A DNA stretch of 64,000 bases from Octopus sinensis. Its lineage: Eukaryota. The stretch spans positions 60,450,001 through 60,514,000 of the forward strand of contig NC_043000.1 of NCBI RefSeq assembly GCF_006345805.1. The letters are read 5' to 3'. Positions 38,841 to 52,900 of the stretch are shown here, piece after piece; position 1 is the first letter of the stretch, and each line of letters starts with the position of its first letter. A program made the position numbers and the translations under genes. The notes under the pieces are model-generated. The model was given only the letters and a program-made list of their open reading frames with translations. It was not told the DNA's origin and did not search any database.

Positions 38841-41298
38841 AAATACTGCTTGTGTCGCAATTAATTATTTTTTAACAACTTAACTGAGTAGCCAGTATAA
38901 CCTGAAATTTCGAACATCTCAACAATTACTCCTGTTGCTTCCGTTATTGCCTTACTAACCATAACTGGGTTAAGTGGAGTAATCACTTTCTGCCTCAGCC
39001 AAATTATTTTCTCAATAATTTCTCATAACAACATTTCTATGTATCTTTCCTTCTCTATCATTGGAGACAATTGTGCCATTGTTATTTCAAATGCGCTTCT
39101 CGTCAAAAGACATCCTTGATCATATGAACATGCTGCCTTGCAAAGTTTCACATTGCCCAACCTCACTGTACAGAAGAGTAACAAATCTACTGTCTGCATC
39201 TTCTTCCTGGTGCCATCGAGCATATTGATATCACTCCTTTCCACAACTGTCTAGGCCAGTTGGTTGGTTCGAATAATCCCATCTACTACTCTACACTATG
39301 TCATTTTGACAAAAATTTACTTTCTTATAGCTTTCTATTTGCTCCTTGCCTTAATACTGTTTAGAAGCTTTAGAAACAAATAAAGTGTTGTTAGTTCATG
39401 AAATATAATAGCGGAATAAAATCCAATAAAAGTAACTTGTAAGGGAGAAAGGTCAGGATTAACAGAAGAAAGAATAAAGACTAAGCAGTTTAATTTATGC
39501 TGGTTTGGAAATTGTATCCTGAAACATTTATACAGATTAAAAATAGCAGAAAAGAAATCATATGGAAGTGACAGAATAAGATAAAATTAAAATGGGATAA
39601 AGAATATGACATTGTTAGAGTTTAGAATCATAGACAATAGGTTCATGCTGAGAAAACAGCATTTGACTAGGATGAGGATTTTGACACAATTTGACAATCT
39701 GTAGCCTTATATTCTGCCAACAACAAATTGGAGTGGATGACTTGTTTAACCCTTTTGTTACCATGTTTCTGTAGACATACACTGCTTTTGTTTGAATTAG
39801 TTTTTAAAATAAAGAAAATGTTTGTAAAATAGCTGTCATTATTAAGCTAATGTTTAGAAAATAAATTAACATGAAATTTTGAAGAAAGGTTCTGATTTAG
39901 ATCACTTTAAAACAGAGAGTTTATATCAAAATAAGGGATGGTCTCAGACAAGTTGATGTCAAAAAAGTAAATTGATTGTGAGCAGATGTAGCAGATGTAT
40001 GATGTAATACATTCTAGTTACAGCTTCCCCATCCACTTTTGGTCAAGAACTACATTATCTATGATTCCTTCTATATTTCAAATTATAGCATGTGATTCCA
40101 GATTTGGTTGCAAGTATTAAAGGCTCCATGAATGGCAATGATGTTAGATATCGTGAGCTACATGTAGAAACAAACAGGTAGGAGAGAGATAATTAAAGAG
40201 CAAAAAAAAACAGTATGAAGACCATCCAGATAATACAAAGTAAAGTATTACAGATAAACGATACATGAAAACATATTATGGTGCCCATCCAGCATATGCC
40301 AGATTGGTAAATCAGATGCCAAGATAATCAGGAATATGAATGACATTGGCAAATGTGCCCAATTTTAAAGCACTGCTCACATATCTAGGATGGCATGATG
40401 CCATATTTCACAGACTGCATCCATAAAATCATGATTAAAAAAAAAACACCTATGCCCCAAATTTTTACAATATTAATTTATATTAATACATGATCACTAA
40501 TTTGTAGAAGAGAAATACAGTCATAGAACATAATTATTGACCTAAAAGGTAAAGTTGGCCCCAGCTGATATTAAATCATAAAAGAATGTGGAGGGACAAA
40601 ACTTAAATTATTGTCATTTTAATGTCCACATTTTCCATGCTTGTATGGGTTGGATGGAGTTTGTTGAGGCATATTTTCTATGGTCATATGCTCTTCTTTT
40701 CATCAACCCTCACCTGTTTCCATGCAAGATAATATTTCTCTCTGAATAGACATGTCTCAGAAGACTGGAAACAAAGGACACCGCTTGCTGTGACACCCAT
40801 TTACAAACATCAAGTAGCATCAAAGTAAGGGGACAGTAACTCACACATACACACACAGATATGATAGGCTTCTTTTCAGTTTCCAGCTATCAAATCCACT
40901 CTCAAGGCTTTGGTTGGCCTGGAGCTATAGTAGAAGACATTTGCCCAAGGTGCCACATAATGGGACTGAACTAGAAACCATGTGGTTGGGAAGCAAACTT
41001 CTTACCACAAAGCCACGCCTGCACCTATTGCAATGCATTTTATTCAGATGCAATGCCTGCATCTGAATTACTGAATAAGTACTAGCTGAGCACTGGGGTC
41101 GATGTAATTGACTTACTCACTTCTCCAAAATTATTGACTGTGTGCCAAAATTTGAAAGCAATATATTTACAGATCATAAACTTATTTGTTTCAGTTCCTA
41201 TCCCTGATCCAGAGTTGAAATTCTGCTGCAACCTTCAATCAAAATGAAACTTTTAGTGATAAAAGCAACAAAACTAAGAGTAAAAAAGGAAAACTTAC

Positions 41299-41366
41299 AA
41301 CAGTTGAGGTTTGACAAGAGGAATTTAGGCAGTCATCACAGAAGCAGGAAATAGTTTTATTTTTGC
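41299..41366 (-). CDS. ACVR1: Type I BMP/activin receptor, ectodomain exon 1 (68 nt, phase 1 to 0): (G)KNKTISCFCDDCLNSSCQTSTV
   Basis: Poly-T tract + AG acceptor at 41368-41367, GTAAGT donor at 41298. Supplies the first four Cys and joins in frame to CFSS of the next exon. Confidence 0.85.
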
Positions 41367-41764
41367 CTTTATATAAAAAAAGAAAAAAAAAAAAAAGTTC
41401 AATATTTCACTGTAAATATTATGATGCTTCATTTTTAATTTGTTAAAACAATTTTTTCATTACAAATATAATTTTCAAAAAACTTTGTGCTTCTACTGAA
41501 AGTTGTAACTCATCTTAGGCAAAGTAACACTGACTTCAGCTGGCTGAAGGTTTATGACAAAGAGCTGTGACACTAGTAGAGATGCTTAACTCTGAATTAT
41601 GAAATCCAACTACAATACCAGACTCATAACAGGCTTCCAGAAATCCAGAATTACCAAAGGAAAAAAAAAAAAAAGAAAAAAAACCCCAGCTATTTTTGAA
41701 AGTGGCTAGTTTTGATTTTCATGGACTAGCTGAAGTTCACTGTGCAGCTACTATGTTGGTTAAT

Positions 41765-42135
41765 TTGCATTGTTGGCATCCTTTTTGTCTCGGGAGACAA
41801 TGGAGTTGCGCATAGAATAATCTATTCCGGCTTTTACAGTTCATGTCCTAATACATCTCCTGCTGTTGCTGTGTAGTCCTATCCTGGACAAACACTCCCT
41901 CTGGCAAGTGCCGCAAATGTAGCGAAGATTTTTGCCTGGCTGGTTGTAATGTCATAGTTTCTTGTTGACGTCTTTTCTTGTCATTCCATTTCTCCTCTCT
42001 CCCTCTGTCACTCCTTTGTGTTCCCTCTTTTATGGTATGTCGCCTATCTCCACGGTTGCTGGCAACTGCTTCCCAGTTACTAATATTGATGTTGCAGGCC
42101 TTCATGTCCCCTTTTGCAAACATCCTTGTGTCATA
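41765..42135 (-). mobile_element. RTE/BovB-like LINE 3' fragment
   Basis: KGDMKACNINISNWEAVASNRGDRRHTIKEG...EEKWNDKKRRQQ, followed by the 3'-end motif ctccattgtctcccgagacaaaaaggatgcc. Confidence 0.8.
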
Positions 42136-42319
42136 AGAACAGTCTTCATACAGTATGTTAAAAATAGTTTTGTAGCTTAATCTTTTTAAGTAGATATTAA
42201 ACATACTCTGCTTTCAAAGTGTGTTAATTTGTACCTGTATCTATTAAATTTTTCATCATATAATTTTCCTTCTATAAACTTTATTCTGTATACATGGGCC
42301 ATGGTCTAATCAGATCATC

Positions 42320-42760
42320 ATCATAATCATCAATATCAACATTTAACATCAGTTTTCCATACTGATATGGGTTGGACGGCTTGACAGGAACTGGCAAGGC
42401 CAAGTTCCACAGTTTGTTTTGGTTTGGTTACTATGGTGGGATGCCCTTCCAAATGCTAACCACTTTACAGAGTGTACTGGGTGCTTTTTACATGGTAGCA
42501 GCACCAACACCAATGCTTTTTAAGTGGCACCCTGGTTTTAAGATTTCAATTCTGCAGTGCCGGGCAGAATTTCTCAAGTACAACAATGCACCATATATCT
42601 TGGTCCTTTGTCAGCTTCTTTGTAAAGTTCAGTTTTTTGAGATTGGCCTTCAATACTTCATCCCATGTCTTCCTGGAGTACCTCTTCCACAATCCCTTCC
42701 ACTTAAAGGGATTGGCACTTCTTTATGCAACTGTCCTCATCAATCCACAGATGGTGCTTA
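42320..42760 (-). mobile_element. 3' fragment of the same RTE family as 6670-8570
   Basis: Translates to IDEDSCIKKCQSL*VEG (cf. MDEDSCVKKCHTLAVEG in the 7258 ORF), followed by the shared 3' tail. Confidence 0.75.
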
Positions 42761-43475
42761 GTATTTACTTTGACATATTGAAACCGTCCTTATTTTAATA
42801 ACACTGGCTAAACGTTTTCAGGCTCAGTTGATGTAGTTGATGCATTTCTATTTTAATCAATAATTGATCATAAATAGATAATTAATTTTCAAGTGAAGTC
42901 GTAATAACTTTAAAAAACTGATAGTTATATATAAAAAAGATGGTAATTGATGTTTGGTCCCAAGTCAGCACTAATCAAAGAGCTGTATGATCAAATGCAT
43001 AATTCAAAGTGTTCTTCCCTTTTGTTTAAAAGCGATAGAGTTATATGGTGTGATTTGCAAGATCCGGCTGTTCTTTCTAGCACAGTGAGCAACCATATAA
43101 GAATATCCTTGTTGGCCCATATAAAAAAAAATATTGTTGACTATTATAGAAATAAATGTATCAATAATAACAGAATTTTAAAAGGTTATTTTAACAATGA
43201 CTTCTCATAAAGATACAAGGCAAGAAATTTGGGGGCAAGGGTTAATTGATTATATGAACCCCAGTACTTAAATTGTACTTTATTTTATTGGCCTTGGAAG
43301 AATGAAAGGCAGAGTTGATCTTGGCGGTATTTGAATTCAGAATGTAACTGCATCTGCTCACCACAATAAAACAGTTTTTCAGATATCATTTTAAAAAATA
43401 TTTCTTCTCTAATAACAGGAAATTTCACAGGAAGTCAACTGAAACGTTAGCAACTAAGAGACTGTTTAACTAAAG

Positions 43476-44030
43476 TAGTGGTTCTCAACCATTTGTTATC
43501 TATGGACCACTTTGATTACCATTTTACTCTGGGAGACCCCCATAGCCATTCAGTTTTATAGATATTTCTTACAAAATCCCCTTCGATGACAGGAAGATAC
43601 AAAGGTTTTTCATCTCTCCTAAAGTGTGAAATTTCCCATGAGATACTAACTGTTCATTGCTTGGCACATCGGCAGCATTTAGTGGCAAAAAATACTTAGT
43701 ATTGTGAAAGATGGGATAAACTTCAACAAAGTTTAACTACAAAATCAAATTACTGTATACAAGATTCCATAGTGAAAGATGTTCAAATAAAGTACAATCA
43801 AAAGAACTCGAGTATATTTCTGATCAACTGTGCTTCTTCAACTACACAGATATTTCTTACCACTTATTGGAATGACAAGAATTGAACAAATGAATTAAGC
43901 ATCAACTTACTTTTTTTTTCACTGCTGAGAGCATTAATGCCATAAAGCTTAAGCTTCTGGTGCCGTCTTCGGCGTGATAGTTTCTGTCTCATCTTTGAGG
44001 GCCTTTCAGAATGTTTAACAGAGAAGTAAC
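43476..44030 (+). mobile_element. hAT (Charlie/Buster-like) transposase fossil with a terminal-like motif
   Basis: TAGTGGTTCTCAACC end-like motif at 43476. Translates to PSMTGRYKGFSSLLK...TVHCLAHRQHLVAK (CxxH motif), then TDISY and KLKL(L)WCRLRRDSF-like segments, with stops and frameshifts. Confidence 0.75.
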
Positions 44031-47000
44031 ATCATCCATACAGTTGTTAATTGTTTACAGTAAAAAAAAAGCTGAAAAACATGAAAGGAAAATAATTAAA
44101 AACTAAAGTTATTGACACTTAAATTTCTGAAAAGTAAAGATCAAATGCGAACATGAATTCTACATGTTCAAATGGAAGAGATATGAACTCTGCAAACTGC
44201 ATGCAATCAACTTTTCAGATTACCTTTATCAGTGGCATGATAAAATACCCAAAGTCCACATTGTTAAGTGGATGGTAATAAAGAGGCATCCAACCATGAA
44301 AAAAAAAATATGTCAGAGATGCTGAAACAGTCATCAAACCCATGCAAGCATAGAAGTGATGTAAAATGATAATGACGATGACAATGATGATAGAAAAAGA
44401 AAAACCTAAAATATGAAGGACTTGGGGAATTGTGTAAGAATGAGAATAACGTGTATGATGCTTCTAGCAGAGGTAGAATGAAGTGGATCTTGTCAGACCC
44501 ATTATGTCCTGCCTCACTGGCAGTGGACTGAGGACATATGGCAGAGTAATGAACTGAGAAATAGAAAGGGAAGCAAAGAATTCTTCATCATAGATGTATG
44601 GCAGACATGTAAGACAAAGAGAGAATAAAGCTTAGAGCAAAGTAAAAATTCTCAGTGAATATTATCATCATCTATTAATGACCACTTTTCCTTGTTTGCA
44701 TAGTTTAGATGGAATTTGTTGGGGTAAATTTTCTATGGCTGGATATTCTTCTTGTTGCCAACCCCCACCTGTTTCCAAGCGAAGTAATATTTCCCCATGA
44801 CCACACATTTTCATGGAAAACTGGAAATGAACAACTTGTATGGTAGTAACACTAATTTACAATCATGTTGTCAGGAGAAAGATACATGTACACAAACACA
44901 CACACACACATGCAATGAGCTTCTTTCAGTTTCCAACAACCAAATCCACTCAAGGCTTCAGTCACCCAGGTACTATAGTAGATGACATTTGTCCAAGGTG
45001 CTGTGCTGTGGGACTGAACTTGAGACTATATGGTTTGGAAGCAGGTTTCTTAAACACACAGCCTGTTGATGTGATTACAGTTGCATCAAGCTGAGGTAGT
45101 TTCATGGAAGATGGAGTGAAATGCATGCTACAGTGTAGACCAAAAGAAACCAGATATTCCCTAATAATTATAATTATTTTGACTAGCAGAAAGACTGCCC
45201 TCCAGGCAGTTTTCTGCCAGCCACTTGATAATATTTTCACATTTGATTCCCAATTCTAATAATTTTTATATTTTATGTCCAATTATCTCTTTGTATAATA
45301 GTGTTCACTTGCTTAGTAAATTATGCTTTCATTATTTTATCACAGTTGTAATTTCTCTTTTTTAAACAAACATCAAGGTAGTCCAACTACAGAGAGGGGA
45401 GCAGTTTGTCAAGTTTTAACTCCCCTCATAGCAACATAGAGATTTCAATTCAGCAGCCCATCTGTAAGCTTGGCAGTGTGCATTTGTGTATGTGTGAGAG
45501 AGAACATTGCAGACAATGAATGAAATAAACATCAAATGAAAAAAATCATATAAATAAAAGGGCATAACTACAGATGTAGTTATGATTTTGTTGCCTCATA
45601 ACATCCAGAAAAATGGATACTTTTTAACGAAATTTTCTACAAAAACCACTTAGATGTTGCAGCTTCAGAGTATATAGGGATTTATAGGAAAAAATTTTTC
45701 TGAAGAGTTTTGGAAAATTCACATGATCAGACTTTTCTCCCTCATAACTTTCAGGAAAATGGGTATCTTTAAATGAAAGTTTATACAAATACCTTTCAAA
45801 TGGCATAGGTTATGATTATAAAGAAATTTGTGGTGAAAATTTTTTCTGACGGGGTGGGGAAAGGGGTTTTGGTACAACCGGAGTTTCAAATCAGGAACAC
45901 CAAATAAGTTAGAACTACTGTTTTGATGGGGATTTTCCCCATTTTTTTAAAAACCACAGCCTTCAAAATGATGGGGTGGAGGAGGGGGCATCGTTGTACA
46001 AAACATGTTTTGAAAATTTTTTTCCTCCTCTCCCTCATCGTCCCACTCCAGACCTATTTTGGCCAATTTTTTTTTTTTTGCACTTCAAAACTGTGAGAGG
46101 AGCCTTTTCAGTAAAAAAATTTAAGAAATTGTTAATATTTCCAGAGGGAAAAGTGACTGATTTAATGGAGGTTTGGCAGTTATTTCTAGCACATTCCAAG
46201 ACAACCCTCCTCGTTTCTTTATCACTCCCGCATGTATTGGTGTTTTCCAATATTTTTCTTCCCATAAATACATTTACATGCTATAAAAAATAAAATTTGA
46301 AAAATTATGTTTTTTCTTTTGCAACCCCACTCCCTGCCCCCAATTGTTGCTGTTTAGAATTTAAAATATTAGAAAGCCTGAGAAGGTCATTGCTGGCATT
46401 TATCCACAATGATTTAAAAAAAGAGTTACATAAACGATAATTCATTTTAATAGCATACTTCTCTGTTAGAAAATGATTTTTCTTATACAGACGGCTTTGT
46501 TTGATTCAGGTGGGGTAAAAATTTAGATTACAATATTTTTTTGTTGCTTATATTCCACAAATGGACCACACATACTTCGGCAGAATCATTCCATAAAATG
46601 TATTTAATGGGAGAAAAATATTGAAAAAACATCAATACATATGAGAATGAAAACAGAGGGTGGTTTGGGTTGTATTAGAAATAACAGCCAAACCTCCCTT
46701 GTATTGTTCACCTTTTCCTCTGAAAATATTTACAATTTTGTTTTGTTATTTTGTTTTGTTATTTTAACTGAAAAGGCTCCTCCCATTTTTTTAAAGTTAA
46801 AAAATCAGTCTGGATAGTTGTTATTGTAAGGCTTATAGCATACCAAACAGCCATAAGAACAAAATCACTTCTTAATTTTTTTTACAAAAATTATACCAGT
46901 ATGATGATGATGATGGTAATGATGATGACAATGACGGTAAAATTAGAAATGGAAAATAATTGCACAGAATTTCTAAAGTTAAATAATTGTCTAAGTTAAA

Positions 47001-47989
47001 AAAAAAATTTCATTCAATTAATATTTTTACATTACGTATATAAAATAAACAGTGGGTTTTGTAAATAACAAATTAAAACTTGAAATAAAAACATTGAAAT
47101 AGTAAGTGATAGACTTTGCAAGTGGAAGCAGTGAACCAACAAATATTTAAATTTGTGAAAAATTGGAATTAAAAAATTCAATAAATTTCATTAATCGAAA
47201 TTATAAGAAATTTCTTGGAACATGAATTTATAAAATAATTTCCAGACAATCAAGCCTTTAATAATTGCTTTCTTTTAGTAACTGTTACATACCTAATTAA
47301 TAAGCAGCTTTCTCCGTTATAATATAGATGCTACTTGGCACCACAAGAAGGAGGAATACAGTTGGGAAATACCAAAACCATTCTTATTTCCAATCAACAG
47401 CCTATGAAGAGGGCATTCTACAGTGCAAAGGCACAAACATCACCATTTGGTTAAGAACTTTAGGGTTTGTTTACAGGACATGACACTGCCAGTTAATGTC
47501 TACTATTGCTTCAGATTGCCCAATGTCTTGTGAATGGAAATGGTTGATAGAAACTTTAGGAAACCTGTGTGTGCATGTGTGTGTATATGTGTTTATATAT
47601 ATATTTCAACTCATCTTAGCATCAATCCTTCGTGGGTGGGATACTGCACAACTGGTTTAGGTGTATCTCTCAGTGTAGATGTGTCTCTTCAGGTGATTTC
47701 AAGAAGTGTCTCATTCAAATGGGCTCTGTTTAGCACAACTTATTACTGCATGTTTACTTTTTTCACTTTATTGTATATTTATTTCTTTTTTGTATCTGAT
47801 CTTTGTAAATGATCTTCTATAAGAATGAAGCAGTATCCGTCAATTTACCTTTCCTATCTAGCAAGCCCAAAAAGTAAACATGCAGTAATAGGTTGAGTAA
47901 AATATAGTTTATTTTAATGGAATACCTCTTGAAATCACCTGAGGAGACACATCTACACTCAGAGCTACAAATAAACCAGCTGTTCAGTA

Positions 47990-48500
47990 CTGTAATCCCT
48001 TAACTATCACAGGTATTATGTCCCAAAAAGCCCTGCGATATGCAAAAGTCCGTGAAGTAGAAACAGTACTGAACTGTATATTTTAAAAATCATTTTCATA
48101 ATTTGTATATATTTATTTTATTTTTCAAATATATTTAAGCTTTTATAAACTCTCCCTACACTCTTAGGGGTACCTGTGTCTTCTCTTATTTTACGTCCCT
48201 AGTTTCATTTTCCATACAGTATGTGCGATTCTTTGTTTACTCATCTATGGTACACTACATATTTTCTTTTAATATATTTTAACTAATGTGTTATACAGTG
48301 CAGTACTGTACTGTATTTTTATTTACCAATATATTAATTTTTAGAAATAATTAAAATCTAAAAAAATATAAATACCTACTGGCCACAGAAACCTGCAAAA
48401 TACTGAGGAGTCCATGATATAAATTTATATATATTAACCAGAAAAATCAGCAATGTACTGAAGGTCTGATGGGTGAACCGCATTTGGCAAGTGATTACTG
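47990..48500. mobile_element. Tigger/pogo-like non-autonomous element
   Basis: TA flanks (47988-89, 48501-02); imperfect TIRs c(t/a)gtaatc(c/a)ctt. Confidence 0.55.
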
Positions 48501-48599
48501 TATCCCATCCACGAGAGATCAGTGCTTGATAGGACAAAATAATTAGTAATCAATAAAGATTCTCATATATTCCATCTTCTGTCTCTCTCATTGATTACA

Positions 48600-48812
48600 T
48601 ACCCAGTGAACACTGAGCCTGTGAATGTGCTTTACTTTTTTGGCCTATTAGCAGCCATTTTGTAATGTTTTACTCACCGAATGTAAACAAACAATGGAGT
48701 GTACATGAACAATCACCGAGGAGTGCATTTTAATTATTTTTCTGCAATTTCAAACTAAATTTGATAAAATAAACTTATTTAAATAATTAGGAATTCTTTA
48801 CAGCACACCCTG
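48600..48812. mobile_element. Tc1/mariner-like end fragment
   Basis: Ends in cagcacaccctg|TA, similar to the caccctg|TA end of 21986-23254; partner end not found. Confidence 0.4.
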
Positions 48813-49249
48813 TATAGCCATGGGCTGACTTAAAGCCTCGTGAATGAATCTGGTAGATGGAAAGTGTGGAGGCCCATCATATAAATGTGTGTGTGTGTGT
48901 GTGTGTGTGTGTGACCCCACCATTTGGCAACCAGTTTTAGCTTGTTTATGTCTCCATAACTAAGTAGTTTGGCAAAATAGTGACTAATAGAATGAGTACC
49001 AGACTTAAAAATAAATACTGAGGTCAATCTGTTTGACTAAACCGTTCAAGGCAGTGCCTTAGCATGGCTGCAGTCCTATAATTGAAACAAGTAAAAGAGA
49101 ATACAAATTCGAATGGATTTCATCATTTAGTCGACAGATGAACGCAATGGACACATTTCAGTCTCCTTAGATCACCTCAGTGAAGTATATAGTGAAATAG
49201 ATTGATGGTGATGTTGATTTTGATTTTACACACATACACACATTTATAC

Positions 49250-49478
49250 ATCATCGTTATTTAACATCTGTTTTTCATACTGGCATGGGTTGGATAGTTT
49301 GACAGGAACTGGCAAGGCTAGGAGCCATACCAGGTTCCATTGTCTGTTTTGGCATGGTTTCTACAACTGGATAGCCTTTCTAACACCAACCCCCTTTATA
49401 GAGTGTACTCTTTACAGAGGTACCCTGTCGAAGACTTTCTCCAGATCAACAAATGCCAAGTACAACAACTTATTCTTA
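49250..49478 (-). mobile_element. Internally deleted RTE derivative (RT piece fused directly to the 3' tail)
   Basis: Minus strand reads LAFVDLEKVFDRVP (49410-49465), immediately followed by the RTE 3' tail. Confidence 0.65.
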
Positions 49479-49694
49479 GAAAATTACTGTTTGTAAATCT
49501 CATGAGAGATATTCAGCAACAGTACTTTGGAGTAAAGATTGTTTGCCAACATAACATGGCAGTCCTGGTTTAGGATGAATGTTGCTGTAATTTAGCCCTA
49601 GGAAACAACATCTCCAGCTGGCTATACAACATGGTCTGTGTCCTTATATTTTTGAACAAGGGAATCTAGCACCCCCACTCAGCTCAAAACAATG

Positions 49695-49739
49695 TCTGTG
49701 TATCACGATTTCCAGGTTATTTCCCTTTATCAGCACAGA
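49695..49739 (-). ncRNA. Hammerhead motif copy with core mutation (CUGAUAA), probably inactive
   Basis: UCUGUG-CUGAUAA-AGGGAAAUAACCUG-GAAA-UCGUGA-UA-CACAGA; homologue of 54630-54674. Confidence 0.7.
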
Positions 49740-49943
49740 ATAAATTACAGCAACATTCGTCCTAAACCAGGACTGCCATGTTATGTTGGCAAACAATCTT
49801 TACTCCAAAGTACTGTTGCCAAATATCTCGTTGTGAGATTTACAAATAGTAATTTTTTATTTATAGATCAGTGACTAGTTGTTACTTTGAAAACTATATA
49901 TTTCGAACAGGAATTTGGCAGCGCCACCTCTAGCTGAACAATT

Positions 49944-52900
49944 TTTCTTCTGTGACACATCAATTTTTTCATTTTTGCTACCTAACATTATGCGAGTTCG
50001 TTTCTGTCTGTGTTTTTGTACATTTGTGTTATTGTGATATACTTTATGTGGATTTGAACTATTGTCGTTTGACAAACAGTAATTTTTGCCCAACGGGGCA
50101 AAAAATTTCTAAATATTGTTATAATTTTTGCGAACTGTTTATTGTTAACTTTTACGGGTTATTTTACTGAAAATTTTTCTCGTCATTTGTGACAAGTTTC
50201 AACATGGATTTTGACCTTGCATCAAAACAGGATTTTCCCGAGGTGGGAGAAGGAAAACCGAGTGAAAATTTAAGGATACCAGGGAAAATCAGAGTTTTTT
50301 GGCCAATGTGGGTGGAAACATTATTGAACTTGAAGTAGCTATGGACAAACTATTCCAGTTTAGGAGTTTAATTGAAAAAGTGGAGAGGAGACCAAGTTGG
50401 TGCTGCCCCCTGAAACTGTACAAGCAATAAAGGAAAAAACAGTTATCTACAAGGTTTACGATATTAAAAAAAAAAGAATAATAGAGGTAAAAAACGAAGT
50501 AATGGAAAGGTGCATGGCGCCTATTTGGAATAAAATATGTTACGTCAGCTGAGGAGTAAGAAGTGCCACAATTGAGGCACATTTCGAGTCGGCTAGCATA
50601 GCCAAGAAAGTGTCGACACAGACTTTGAAGAATGAGGAAATTATGTTGCTGCCCACATACTTGGGTCACAGTACCACAAAGGTGACAGTAGAGGAAATTC
50701 TGGTAGGGTACAAAGTAATGTAGGTAGCAGGGGCAGTAGTGTACGACATGGAGGGGAAAATCACAATCCTGTAAATGAGGAAAAAGGAACTGGTGAACTG
50801 GAGTGGATAAGCTTTAGAAATGGTAATTCAAGCAGACAACGCGACACTAGAAAATTAGCCTGATAGAGTGTTTGTAGGGGAGGGGCATACAATTCATGTA
50901 TCGGTAGAGGGACGTAGGCCCAGATGCTTTAAGTGTGGGCAGAAGGGCTATGTTCGCTCTTAGTGTACTAAGAAAAAGAGAATGAAGCCCCTCCTCAAAA
51001 CATGGAGAAAGACAGACAAGTGGAAATAATACCAACGAAAGGAAAAAAATGAAAAAAAAAACAAACGAAAGAAAACACACAAGAGGCAACAGAAGAGATG
51101 GAGTTTACCCAAGTAACGCACAAACAGAAGAAATCAAACACCAAAACCAAAAAAAAAATACAACTACAGACAAACAACACAAAAAAATTCCCCAATCCCA
51201 CCCCACTGGCACTACGTTAATTGGACAACAGTTCACCAAACCACACCCACCAAATTTAAAAGGTTTAAAAAAACTGATAACATCATCTCCTTTCACACAA
51301 AAAATGAGAAGGTTTTATGATATATAAAATTTCAACCAAAGATAAAACTTTTTAATAAAACGGCGGACAGTGGGTCTGATGTTCGCTTTGCAAAAGTTGG
51401 AGAGGAAGAATGGAAGGAAAAACTCCTTGAAGAACATTTAAAAGACAATGATATAAAAGATGTTACCTAAGAGGTGATAGCGGGCAAACTAATCATTAGC
51501 CACACCAACCCAGAGCCTGGTGGCAACACCGGTGAAAAGCCTAGCAGCTACGGGGAGTGTCGAGGAAGCAGGCAGACAAAAACTGTCATGCTTTCTCTCT
51601 CAACCACCAGTAGAATATTTTTCATTCATCGATGATTAAGTTAGGCTGTGTAAATGTGCATGGAATGGGGTTGAAATGGAAACAGGCTTGTTTCCTGGAT
51701 GACCTCAGGACACATAGAATAGATGTGGCTATTGCAACTGAGTCCAAGATGAGCAGACCTCAAGCATTCTTGCCTCTTCTGAATGGTTACGAGAAATTTA
51801 TTTCTCCTAGCCGGGGAAGAGGAGTGGGCGTGGCATTCCTTATCAGGAAGAGCTTGGACTTACAGAAAAGTACTGTCTTTCTGCACCCAGAAGGTAGGCT
51901 GGTCATCCTGGATGTGACCCATGTGAGTAAGCAATCCTTCAGGTTTGTAGCTGTCTACACTCCTAACGAGCATGGGCAGTCAGTTTTCTTTTTCAAGACC
52001 TGGAGCACTTTCTAGTGATGTCAAAAACGGTAGTTCTGGTTGGGGATTTTAACACTATCCTCGATGCGTGGGTCGATAGTGTTGGCTCAACTGATAGGAA
52101 AGGGAATCCTAGCCTCAAGAGTCTACTAGACAGCTTTAATCTAGTAGACTGTTACTGACTGGATGAGCCAAGCGTTCCACAGTGGACGTGGAGTAACAAC
52201 GACAGCTCACGCTTAGATAGGGTAGTTGTTAGGGAAAGAGATAAGAATACTTTTAGTTATTCACAGTTTTGTATTGTGCCTTACATGGATCACAAACTTG
52301 TGACATGCGAGTTACATGTAGATAAATATCAGAGACAGGGACCCAGATACTTGAAGATGAACAAGTCTATTTTGACATGTGAAACCTTTCGTACTCGGAT
52401 AAAGGTGTTAGTACAGAGGGCATTATGTGGCACCATCATTAATAATAGATGGTGGCACGCTCTTGAAAGAGCCATCTGTTTGGAGTCCATTAGATTTAGC
52501 AAACAGCTAAGATAAGATAGGACTAGAATAGAGGGTGATTTAGTTAAGAACTTAGACAAGGCGATGGAATCTGGCTCTGCCTCTAGAGTGCAGGTGACGA
52601 GAATGGTCTTGTACCATCACCTCAACTCCAAGCACGAAGGTTGCAAAGTTAGAGCTAAGCTATGTGCAGGGAAATGAGAAGACATTAACATTGCCGGATG
52701 GGCATGTTGTGTGGAGAGTCAGAGAAGTAAAAAGGCCTCTATAAAGTCTTTAATGGACGAACGGGGGCATAAGATCTATGGACAGGAAGAGATGCAGAAA
52801 GTCTTTCACCAGCATTCCACCCAGTTGTTCGGGGGTGGAGTGGGCAGTTCGCTTGAGCATGGGAAGGTCTTCCTAGCTGGTGGGTAGCGACTCTTGGCAT

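Noticed and set aside
39000-39300. Coding-like stretch with HQEEDADSRF, weakly like Academ HEEADTR
   Set aside because: One short, imperfect motif with stops in all frames; not enough to assign.
43861-43895. Signal-peptide-like FICSILVIPISG ending at a phase-1 GTAAGA donor (43860)
   Set aside because: Two in-frame TAA stops lie upstream with no ATG; it would need a 1-nt indel, and it lies antisense within the hAT fossil.
49917-49936. CTCF-like AGGTGGCGCTG motif on the minus strand
   Set aside because: The 5' half (CCACY) does not match; it is part of the repeat spacer/TSD.
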